A stretch of 64,000 nt of DNA from Eimeria praecox (Eukaryota): NCBI GenBank assembly GCA_963920595.1, contig OY986947.1, forward strand, positions 1,116,001 through 1,180,000, written 5' to 3'. How positions within the stretch are numbered: position 1 is the first letter of the stretch; the number at the start of each line of letters is the position of its first letter. This document shows positions 53,968 to 64,000 of this stretch, piece after piece. A model generated the notes under the pieces. It searched no databases. It was not told where the DNA came from and saw only the letters and a list, made by a program, of their open reading frames with translations. The position numbers and the translations under genes were made by a program.

Positions 53968-55896
53968 CTAAGAGAGGCCTGTAGGGTGTACCTGTTGTTG
54001 CTCTGCGGGGCTCAGTTGCTGTTGTTGTTGCTGTGTCCGCTGTACCTGCTGCAGCAACAGGTCTTGCTGCAGCAGGTGCTGCAGCAGTAGTGCTACTACT
54101 TTAACATTAACTGAATTTCCTACGAGGGCTGCCTTCTTACGGAAAGGGAGAGAAGGGGGAAAACCAAAAGATTCTGGGAAGCCATGCAACCGCAGCAGCT
54201 CACGAGGGGAGAAGAAGCGAATAATATCTCCTGCATGCAGTCGACGAAAACGGCTTCGTTCTAAGGTTTCTGGAGAAAGCACTGCAGCTGCTGTTGCTGC
54301 TGCTGTTGCTGCAGCATCAGCTGCTGCAGTTGTTGCTGTTGCTGGTGCTGTTGCTGCTTCTGGTGGTGCTGCTATTGTTGCTTCAGCTTCTTCCGCTGTT
54401 GCTGCTCCTTCTGCAGCTGGTGGCGTTGCTGTTGTTGCTTCAACGTCCCCTGCTGTTGCTGCTGCCTTTGTAGCTGTTGTTGCAGCTGGTGTTGCTGCTG
54501 CTGCTTTCGCTTCTGCTGCAGGGCCCTCTCGTAGAGACGGGGCCTCTGCAACGAGGAGGAGGGGCCCCCCAGAATGAAGATTGCGTCCGTAGCCTTTGGT
54601 GAAGGTGCCGCATGCAGTGTATTTGGGGCTGACGATTTCTAATCTGAATCCGTTGTTATTCGAGAATGATTTGTTTGTGTTTATTCTCTCCCCTTCTCCC
54701 TTTCTCCTTATATCCCTTCCTCCCTCGCTGTCTCCAACATCACTATCTCTGTCGCCCCTGTCTCTGCTGTTGCATGCATCTATCGACGTCTCCCTGTTTT
54801 GTGTTTCTTTTGTTTCTTTCTCCTTTTGTTTACTATCCCCTGTCTCTGTCTCTCCTTCTTCTGTCTCCTTGTCGATAAAACGAAGCAGACGAGCAGCAGG
54901 AATATTCAGGGCCTCTTGCTCCTCTGGAGAAATCCTTGTCTCCAAGAACTCTCCTATGCAACGTATTTGAATGTTTTCTTTTAATGGGGGGCCCCCAGGG
55001 GCCCCCAATGATACAACAGGGGGTATTAACTGCAGCTGAGGGGCCTCCACACTGATTGCTGAAGACGCATCCAACTCTCCTTCGTCGTGAAGAAGCTGTT
55101 GCTGCTGCTGCTGCTGCTGCTGATCTTGCTGCTGCTCCTGCTGCTGCTGCTGCTGCTGTTTCACATGCACACGTTGCTGGTGCTGCTCCTGCTGCTGTTC
55201 CTGCTGCTGTTGCTGCTGTGGAAGCAGCGAGAGCTGGTCTTGCTGCAGGGTCTGGGGTGTGTGTCTGCAGGCCAGACAGTAGTATCTCACTCTTGTATTG
55301 GGGATGCCAATTTGTGTGGGAGATAGAAGAAAATCTTGCACTCTATAATGTTGGTTCTTTAGTACTTGCTGCATGCATTTCCATGTGTCTGAGCCCTCAA
55401 AGCCCCTCACATTTTCTACGAATATAAATTGTGGGGGATAGCAACAGCTACTAAGCAGCCGCAGTAAATGCAAGAAACCCGTAGCCCTCCCGTCTCTGCT
55501 GTCTAGCCTCTTCCCTCCTCTTGTGTAAGGCTGACAGGGAGGAGAGAGCAGCCAGAGGTCTGCTCGTCCGTCTACTTGTTGTATGGTGAGATGTTCTATG
55601 GATATACAAAGCGGTGAAGACTTGAAGTTGTATGTATACACCTCGTTGGCGGTTGTACTGATGTCGTATGCCCCCACAAATGCCGTAGGTATCTCACAAA
55701 CGCCTTCCTGTTGCAGCCTCTCTACGGCCTCTGTAAGCCCTACACGAAGGCCCCCGATGCCGCTGAAAAACTCAAAGACCCGCAGGGCCCCCCCCCGCCA
55801 GATGGAGCCCCCTGGGGAGCAATCAGGGCTTCCACCAGAGCCTGAGGGGAACCCATCAAGGCCTGCGGGGTGAGATACGGGGCTGCCGGCTGGCAT
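53968..55896 (-). CDS. DNMT2: DNMT2/TRDMT1-family C5-cytosine methyltransferase, intronless
   Basis: Motif I EFFSGIGG, IV SPPCQPYTR, VI ENVRGF, VIII PTQIGIPNTRVRYY, TRD FTKGYG, IX RFFSPRELLRLHGFP, X GNSVNV in one 642-aa ORF. Confidence 0.92.
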   Translation of the reverse strand: MPAGSPVSHPAGLDGFPSGSGGSPDCSPGGSIWRGGALRVFEFFSGIGGLRVGLTEAVERLQQEGVCEIPTAFVGAYDISTTANEVYTYNFKSSPLCISIEHLTIQQVDGRADLWLLSPPCQPYTRGGKRLDSRDGRATGFLHLLRLLSSCCYPPQFIFVENVRGFEGSDTWKCMQQVLKNQHYRVQDFLLSPTQIGIPNTRVRYYCLACRHTPQTLQQDQLSLLPQQQQQQEQQQEQHQQRVHVKQQQQQQQEQQQDQQQQQQQQQLLHDEGELDASSAISVEAPQLQLIPPVVSLGAPGGPPLKENIQIRCIGEFLETRISPEEQEALNIPAARLLRFIDKETEEGETETGDSKQKEKETKETQNRETSIDACNSRDRGDRDSDVGDSEGGRDIRRKGEGERINTNKSFSNNNGFRLEIVSPKYTACGTFTKGYGRNLHSGGPLLLVAEAPSLREGPAAEAKAAAATPAATTATKAAATAGDVEATTATPPAAEGAATAEEAEATIAAPPEAATAPATATTAAADAAATAAATAAAVLSPETLERSRFRRLHAGDIIRFFSPRELLRLHGFPESFGFPPSLPFRKKAALVGNSVNVKVVALLLQHLLQQDLLLQQVQRTQQQQQQLSPAEQQQVHPTGLS

Positions 55897-57449
55897 GCAG
55901 GAACAGAAAAGAGGAGAAGCTATGTAGGTAGGCTGTGTAGGGCTGTGGTTTCAAGGTTTCGGGGAAGACAGATGTGGCGTTTCTGGTGAATCCTAAGCTC
56001 AATTCCCTAAATCCATGATGCAGGAATAGACTGAAAATGATGAAGTGTTAGAGAAGGCTGCCTCTGAGGAGGCCTCTCCAGCGTTATCGAGCCTGTGCTA
56101 CCTACCATGGCTGCTCTTGTGCCTGTAGGCCCATCCTTCTCTAACCTCCCCTTCTGATGACTGCCTAATGCAATTTCATTTGCACTTTAAAGCTACGTAG
56201 ATACATCTTCTTTGATTTCTTCATACCAGATGCCTCCTTACTGGGAAGCTGAGGGGCCCCTGTGGGGCCCCCCCAGGGCCCTAGTGCATACAGTCTACCC
56301 TGGAATTAGAAGGCGCACCAACTGCTGTTCATAGGACGAAACAATTAAAAAGAAGGTATAAATTTGAGGTTAAATGGGGCATATTCATTCCAAAGTTGCT
56401 GCAAGCTTGCCGCGTCTACAGCCACCAGGTTGTATACGCGGCATATAGCTTAGGGGGTATTTGCTATTTGAAGGGTAGAGATGTTCCTTGGGCTTTCTGG
56501 AGTTCATGGATACATTGATACTGACATTCAGGCTACCTACAATGGTCTAAATGAGTCATTAATGGTTGTTTAGTGCGCTAGTCCAAGCACCGTAGGGGGG
56601 CTTGAATACTTGCATGCTCGGTGCAGCAACGAGTGCTGCAACTCATAGCAGGGCTAACTCTCTTTACACTATCCGTAAGCCTTATGTTGGTATACTGGGG
56701 GAGCCTCGAAGCTGAGGAGAAGGTAGCTATGATTTACTACGGCACCGCAACACACACGAAGTACGAGGCAAGGAGCGATCACCATTTCTGTTTGTTGTCC
56801 AGACAATAGGGGAAGCTGGTAAGCCTTGAAAGGGGCTTTCCCCTGAGAATATGTAAATGATGAAGCCATGTGCTACTGGGCCAACCGCGTTAGAAACAAG
56901 AGAGCACATTACTGCTTAGAGACGATTTGTGTGAAAGGAGGGATCGTCTTTATAAAGGTTTGGGTCCCACCACATTGCAGTTGTTTACAAAGATTGCTAA
57001 CAGCACCGAGTTAGGGTGAGTTGGCTGTGATCCACCGTCTTTGCCACAAGCGGATTCAGGAGAATGTTTTAGAGAAGTATAAGAAATGCTTGTGCGGATA
57101 CGATCCTCAGGAATTCACTGAGGCGACAGGCCTCTTCACCTTCACAACGTAACAAAACGCTTTCCTCCTTGAACGTCAAGCATCAAGCCTTTGGAAGATT
57201 ATATAAGTTTTTAAACTTCTTACCGTGGCTTGGATGACACTGGGAGGAAACGTCCCCTGATTTTTTGATGAAAGCAAAGCGTGTCTTCGCTAGAGCTAAG
57301 CGCGTGGCATAACGACTCTCACTAGTGCGAGACCGGGAGGAAAAGGATTTAACCACCACTTACCCAACTACTTAGAGTGGTATTCGTCTCGCGCTCTTCT
57401 CAGAGCGAGCAAATCCACTCAGAGCAAATTGCCTCACTCACGAGTAGCT

Positions 57450-58150
57450 GCCGGACTCCTTTTGTGGTAGTTTATTGCTAAGCGTTCATGTGCGTCTTTC
57501 ATACAATCTCGAGCTTCTGCAAGCTACAGACGTATAGGGCTGGCGCGCAATAGCCAAAAACCAAGTGAAGCTGGCCATGTGCGTTTAGGTGTAAACATCG
57601 AAGGCAGACAACCACCGGATTGAGCAGCGCACCAGGAAGAAAATCATATTAGTTTGATGAGCCCTGGTGAACGTACAGCCTTAAGCTCTGCATGGCGCCT
57701 TTTGCTTTCTGTATAATCGTTCGCCTTGTGAATAACTTGCGTCGGTCACGTTGTGGTCGATGCTGAAGCTCGTCATAAACTCGTAGCACGAGGAGCTAAA
57801 ACGCTCGTCATTCCTGCCATTAATAGTTGTTTTGGAATATAAGGTCTTGGCGGGCTCAAACGTCTGTCAGTATGTCCGCTGCAAGTTAGCTCGAACACCG
57901 GATGATGTGAGCATATGTGCACCTCGTGTCTACGATGAAGCCGAAGCACTTTAAAACTCCTAATTCATGATAAGCCAGCTAGGAACAAAAAACCACAAGT
58001 TTCCAAATACATTCAGGGAATTAGAGATGCAGGAAAAGGCATGGTTTCTCTAGGCAGCTGCAGCAGCCGTCCCTATAGCCCTTTTTACAGCGTCGCGGGG
58101 CTCCTCCTCACGCCTGCAATAAAGCCTATAATCGAATCAACCTTAGCGGA
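57450..58150 (-). mobile_element. Degenerate gypsy integrase remnant C
   Basis: Minus: LIPECIWKLV..FIVDTRCTYAHII (cf. IPxxPWxxxSMD..VVDRFSKMAHFI), then SKTTINGRNDERFSSSCYEFMTSFSIDHNVTDASYSQGER (cf. PxxIISDRDxRFTSxFW..STAYHPQxDGQxER). Confidence 0.5.
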
Positions 58151-59367
58151 TCATGTTTCCTTTTAGGCTAGGGTGGTAGAGGTTTCTCGTCTTTTGTGCT
58201 TTGGTGTTTAAGCTTTCCTGCTTTCCCGCAAGTTCCAGTTGTTCACCCCTTAACTCCCTTTCCGCGGCTCAGTCCGCTACTAGGCTGATACCCGTATCAT
58301 CTTCGAGATACACTATCTCCAGCGGGCAGCCCGGAGACGATAGAGATGCTTCACATGCACTTAGTCTACCATAGGCTCACGAAGTGTTGTTGCAAGTGTA
58401 GGCTATATTTACTCAGTTTTACTTGGAACGTGCATTTTTTTCCTGGTTTAAATACTTTGACTTTTTTGTAGGGTGTGCCCCAGAATAGTGCTATGGTGTA
58501 CCCTTGAAGGCATCACCCTTCAATGCTGTCTCGCACCCGGCAAACAATCTTCTTTCCACCACCAATCCGGAACCGTATTGCTAAGAAGAAATCCTGCATG
58601 CGTGTTCTACGTACGATGGTTAATGAAACTCGCTGATACCATGCATCCCCTTTGGCTCTTTGATGCGCCAACATGGTGGCTGGGGATTGCGCTAGCATCA
58701 GCATCACACACCAGCTCTAACACTGACTGTGTATCAGCTTCACAAGTGAATGATATACCACCACGAAAATATTGAAATAAGCCTGAACATTAGCACGACC
58801 AAGTACGGATCATCAACTTAAAGTAAAGCCCCACTACCTCACTTATATATTTCCAGGAATCTTCTCCTGGAGAGCAAAGCATGCAGCAGCCTTCGTTACT
58901 TTTGCAACAGATATGTTACCAATATTCACTTGAACTCGTGCGTGAACATTCTGACATTTACTTGCGCGTTGATAAGAGTTGTGCTGAAGAAGGCTGCTTG
59001 GGAGCTTTCTTCGGCGCATGCATTCACGTGGCATGCAGCCAACGAGCACCATGGGGCTGGCTTCTGGGGCTTCCAGCAAGCATAACCCTGAGCAAGCCAT
59101 CCTCAGTTAATGATACAGGCTTCAAATTTTATTTTGTATATGCCTCCATAATTTTTAGAGACCTGCTGAGGAATCGAAGGCAACAGGCTCCACACCACTC
59201 CATGCCAACGCAAGTTCCGCAGTAGGCCAGTGGTCCTTATAGAGGCTGTGAACCCACCTGCTCGTTTGCAGTAAGATTTTTCTAAAAGGAAATATCCTTT
59301 CTTACTCAGTAGGGTTAGACAGTGGCTAAGAGAAGAGAGGATTTGAGTACATACAACCTGGCCGAAA

Positions 59368-62300
59368 ATGTCTACGAAGAAAACAGAAGAAACAGAAAAG
59401 GCAGATGCAGGTATGTTTGCCTTTTTAACGTTGCATGCTTGCTGTACGAGGCACTAAACTGCCCTGTGACACGTTGCAAGCGAGCAGTGATCTGCACTCT
59501 CCAAAATATCTAGCAGACACAGACTGAAATAGGTTAGAACACGGGTTAAGTGCAGAAGAGCGTCGCTTTTTGTACGAAGCCCATGAGGAAATGGGAAATA
59601 CCCGATCATTACAAGCCGAACTGGCGAGCAAAATGCCTGTTGAGAATCTTAATGCGTTACCAGAGGAAGACTCCCCCGAGTTGGAGGAGCTTCGTAAGCT
59701 CGAGGAACTGCAGTCCAAAGCACAAGAAGAAGTAGAGGCGCTTCGCGCCTTGCTCGACGAAACAAGAAATGGAAGGATTAAATTGCAACTGGAAGCAGTG
59801 AGTTTATGGCATTCCCATGCAGAATAAGGCCATCATAGTGTAACATGCATTCCATTCGATCCATATGCCCCGAATTCGTATGGAGAACATGGAAGAAAGT
59901 GTGAAAGGGGCTCCATGTAGGCGATGCTGTCAAGAATTCGAGAAGCGACGCAGAAATGCACTGACAAGCTAGAGCTAGTTCTCAAGAAGGAGGACGGCGA
60001 TGCGTCAGCAGAGGAGGCTGCACGCCTGGAGGAGCTAGCCGCTTACGAAAACCGTGCACACGTTCTAGAAGTACAAGGGACCTTAGAAGAGGAAGCACAA
60101 CTTGCGTCGACCCAGCAGCTGTTAACTGCAGCTGACAAATACTTTCTGCAAGCCTTGGCTTCAACGCAAGCAAGGAGCAAGGAATTTAAAGCAATGACCG
60201 TGAAGGAGGCTGAGGAGACAAAGGAAGAAGTGGAAGCCCTCAAGAAAAACCTAGATCAAGTGCGGCACGTCTGACAGTGTGTGCGCAGCTACAACTAAGC
60301 CGAGTGGGGCGAACAGTGTGGAGGAACCATGCTTTTGCTACAAGTCGAGTGCTGCCGGAATTTAGTGGAGCATTTATTTAGTAGCATTGCATTAAAGATC
60401 CGCCTTTTCGATGCTTTGTACAGCGCACATCCCACTATAAAGTGGCTTTCTGTTCAGTCTCTATCGCCAGCCTAGAACGCTTCTTCATGCGTTGCTCAGC
60501 ATCTAAATAAAATTAAGGAGACGTTCGAGAAGAGCACAGAAGATCTGCAACTGCAGTGTGACAGGGAACTAAAAGTATGCCACAGTGCACATTTGGAGAG
60601 AGCGAAATGACAGGAACTGGTATCAGTAGCTCCTTAGAGAAAGCAGACGTACTGCAAACTCAGTAGCAAGAACCCTTGCTGAGCCTCTCACATCCCGAAA
60701 GCACCTTTTCCATGGGGTTACTATGGGATGCAGACTGCCGGCTAAAGCATTTAGGATCCAGACTCCTACAAGCACGGTGCAGCTCTTTGCCTGATCAGGA
60801 ACTGGAGAAATCTCTTGAGTTGCATGAGAACGTAGCCATGCTCGAGGTGGAAGAGCAAAAAAACTGCCACAAGAATAAGCTTAAGGCATTCAATGAAGAA
60901 GCGCTCGGCAGGTTAAAGGGTAGGCACTCCTTTTTTTACTTGCAGAATACCCAAATAAATGTATTTTCAATTACTTCACCATCGCATGGGAATAGCTTGG
61001 TACGATGCGCTGATATCTCCACCTGTAGCATACTATGAGGACATTACAAGAGATAATTTGCTGCTGGTCAAGAAGCTGCGAGCCGAGAACGAGAGGATGT
61101 CGGCCAACAACAAAAGACTCAAGAAAGAAATAGACGTGATGGCAGCCCAAAATGCAAAGATTCGGGAACCCCTTCGCGAGCAAGAAGCTCTAAAGTTAGC
61201 AGATTCCCCTTGTTATGCAAGCACTGCTTTGTGTGCGTGCACATGGCGAAAATATGTTCTCTTTCGTTTCTGGCCCAAGGCAGTCTGTAGCTTTTAGCGC
61301 ATATTGTCTCATTCATGCAGCGTGGCATGCTTCTTTGTATTCATCGTTCGTTGCATCTTTGCTGCTTCCTCTAACTGATCATTAACATTCACCTCTGTGT
61401 TCTCGTGAAGAATAGAAAAGGCACGGTATTACCAGTTTGTTTATGCGGTAATAAACCACTGGCAATTTTGTGTACTCCCTGGCATCTTCAGAGCCCGACT
61501 TAAAGTGCAGCTCCGTTTTGTAGAGAAAGACAAGCTAGTCCTTCGCAATCTCAAAAGGCGAAACCAAATGGTATCCCTGCCCCGGAGCACCCCTATCTGC
61601 ACAACCGTGCAGGAAAAGCCATGGATTTTGTTTAAAGCCCCGGAGTGTGTATGAGCCTATGCATGCGTTCCCTAGTGTCCAGCCCTAAGACAAGAATGCC
61701 TATTCTGCGTACAGATGGAAGAAAACATTAAAAATGCGCGCTTGGAAGTTCGGAATTTAGAACATCAAAAGAAAATAATAGGCCGCTGCATTGGCCAGCT
61801 GCAGCAGAGCCTGAAGAACGTGCAGCAAGAAGCTGGTGCAAGCTCTTTAGCGCAGGGAGCTTTGCTGAGGCTGCAAGCAACAGAGACCCTTGCAGAGCTA
61901 GATTCAAGCTTTCAGAAAATACAGTCTGCACAATCCTGCTCCAAGTTACCCCCTGGAGTATCGTCAGCTATTTGTGAAATGGTCCAAGATACAATCACTG
62001 ACCATAACCAATGTGAAAAGGAATTGAAAGAAGAGCTGCGTCGGCGTATAGAGGCTTATAACGACATGCTAGTATTTATGCGTCATCGGCTAGATGAGCT
62101 TCATGTGCCTCATCATGCTATAAAAGCCAAGAGCATTGTGTATAAACAAGGTGAAATTTTGGCCGATATCGAAGACGAAGTCTCAGCGTCTGAAGTGGCA
62201 CCCGACAGCAAGAGTACAATGCTAAATCAGGAATCTGGCCAAGCTCCAGTTGAATCGAAAGCAGGTACAAATGAGTTAGTCGTCTCAGGCGTTTCAACAG

Positions 62301-62440
62301 GCAGGCCATCCGAGCACGAAAATGTGGCTTTAAAAGGCTCTAGCCACCCTGCAGGATGGGCAAATACTTATCCATCTGCAAAAGGGTCAGATAATATCCA
62401 CTTGGGGCAAGTGACACTACAGAGACTGACGGGTAGCTAA
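59368..62440 (+). CDS. GAS8/DRC4 (trypanin-like) domain coiled-coil protein, multi-exon
   Basis: EVEEQKNCHKNKLKAFNEEALGRLK|AYYEDITRDNLLLVKKLRAE..NAKIREPL..LRFVEKDKLVLRNLKRR matches the GAS8 consensus EERKNxHINxL..KxYYNDITxNNL..EPL..YEKDKxxLxNLK. The start exon MSTKKTEETEK is inferred. Confidence 0.78.
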
Positions 62441-62499
62441 TTCAAACCGAAAAGCATGGGCTAAAATTCATTTTTACCCAAAATTCATGACAGCTTCTT

Positions 62500-63050
62500 G
62501 AGCGATTACCCGCATGATCCTCTTGCTTTCTCGAAGCCTTGCTTCCTCCGCGTCCAAACGCCCACGCCTTTCAAAGTTCTTTTTTGATGCCGCCCCAAAT
62601 CCGAAATCGTGCTTGGAATTGTTAGCGGTATCGGACCCTAATGGAGCAATGGTAGTTTGTGTAGGGAAGAACTCTTGTAAACCTAGGCTGCCGGCTCAAG
62701 CTACTCTGCGCTTTTTGTAGCACGGATGCGGCTGTTATGAACCTCATGCAGTGACTACAAACAGGTTTAAATGCGTATAAAGCGCCTTTAATCTTATGCT
62801 GGCAAAACTGGAAGAAGTATGAGATTCATGTTTGGCATGCGTCATAGTAGAACGGCTGCTTGATTGGTTCCAGAGCTCCCATTAGAAGGGAGAGTCCCTG
62901 TTGAGGCCAGTATGCCAGGCAAACCACGACAGCAAATGCGCCCATTAACAAACATATGGATGCTCCCTGCCGTACTTTGGGGGGTCCAACAATGTGTTCA
63001 CACTACTATCCAGCCTGGAGGCAGTAATAAGCTGTTGAAGGAGACCCACC
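62500..63050 (-). mobile_element. Possible degenerate gypsy RT remnant D
   Basis: Minus: TAGSIHMFVN (cf. DGSxRMCVD) near 62960 and LGLQEFF..TIAPL..FGFGAASKKNFE (cf. RT connection) near 62600-62690. Weak. Confidence 0.35.
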
Positions 63051-64000
63051 GATGTCTTGTTGATTGGCTTTGATACTAGAGCTTGAGCCGAAGTATGCGA
63101 GAGTGTAAGCGCTCATTTTCCGCCAATAATCACGCTTCAGCAGCTCAAGGTAAGGCGTATTTTGCCTCCAGCGAAGCTCTATGCGGCCTGGCCGGGAGTA
63201 AAAATTCAACTAATATGGCGGGCAGTTCATTTTCCGAACCTTTCACACAATGAGGAGAAAGACGTTCCAAGACTTCGATAATAAAAGGGTTATTCAGGTA
63301 GCCTTGGCAGTTGATACGGAGTGCACCTCTCAGCCCTTCCAACAACATTTCCCCCATCTACGGTAAGAGGAGTGGAATCAGTGCCACAAGGAGCAAGGAG
63401 GTTCTTCCACAGTGCAAGTGCGCTGCTGAAAACGACGGAGAAACGCAAACACTCTGTTCGGAAGGCCTTTCGGAGGCCGCAGTTGGGAGGAATTGATCCG
63501 GACAGCATTCGAACAACAGAAGAAGCCAGCAGATATGAAGGAAAAGCCCCCAGGTGTAGCCAATTACAAGGACCTTCTAGAACAGTGGCCACCTGCTGGG
63601 CACGCTACGTACTGCATCTAACTCGCCTCCGGCGCAGTCTCGAGACTTGCACCAACTAACCGGCGGCCCTCACATTTTGAACGGGAATTCGAGAGCCAAG
63701 AAGAAAAATGGCTAGAAAAAGGCAAAGTTCAAGTGCCAACTAGCATCGTTCAAAGTATTCCGGTGCTGGTGAAGAAAAAGGACAGGAGGGAAAGATGGCG
63801 CCGCCACAACAAGACCCGCTACTGCAGCAAGTGCGGGAGGAGCCTTCGCTCAGTGTACTTCGCCTATGCTGGGAAATCAGGCATACAAGTGGGTGCGCTG
63901 TTTAGGGGTGATGGGGTTGGGGTGATACTGATATCGTACCTCTACTTTTCTTTTACTCGCTGGCTGGTTATGAAAGGCAAGCAAGTGTATAACGGCAGTC

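Noticed and set aside
53968..55896. Bacterial restriction-modification methylase or horizontal transfer
   Set aside because: PPCQPYTR and FTKGY signatures are DNMT2-type, host-type CAG inserts are present and no nuclease is nearby.

Overview
Eukaryotic, intron-rich DNA with the hallmarks of a coccidian, very probably Eimeria: CAG/CTG tracts, interstitial TTTAGGG heptamers and TGCATGCA octamers. A repeat-rich segment (~1-26.2 kb) gives way to a repeat-poor one (~26.3-64 kb), with a small repeat-rich island at ~52-55.3 kb. By manual splicing I can support ten protein genes: an unknown secreted protein (-), TRAIP-like RING-H2/coiled-coil E3 ligase copy 1 (+), a triple-CCCH zinc-finger protein (+), an HP1-like chromodomain + chromoshadow-like protein (-), RING-H2 copy 2 (+), an LCAT-family phospholipase (-), a small chromodomain protein (+), a WNG/ROP35-like kinase with a putative TM helix (+), an intronless DNMT2 (-) and a GAS8/DRC4-domain protein (+). 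The repeat-poor part also holds four to five heavily decayed Ty3/gypsy fossils. The most notable structure is that both the RING gene (first nine intron phases conserved) and the chromodomain gene occur twice, once on each side of the repeat-rich/repeat-poor boundary, near DNMT2 and the retroelement debris. Most ORF-track entries are artefacts of simple repeats. Family calls come from motif recall, not database searches, and exon ends are hand-predicted.
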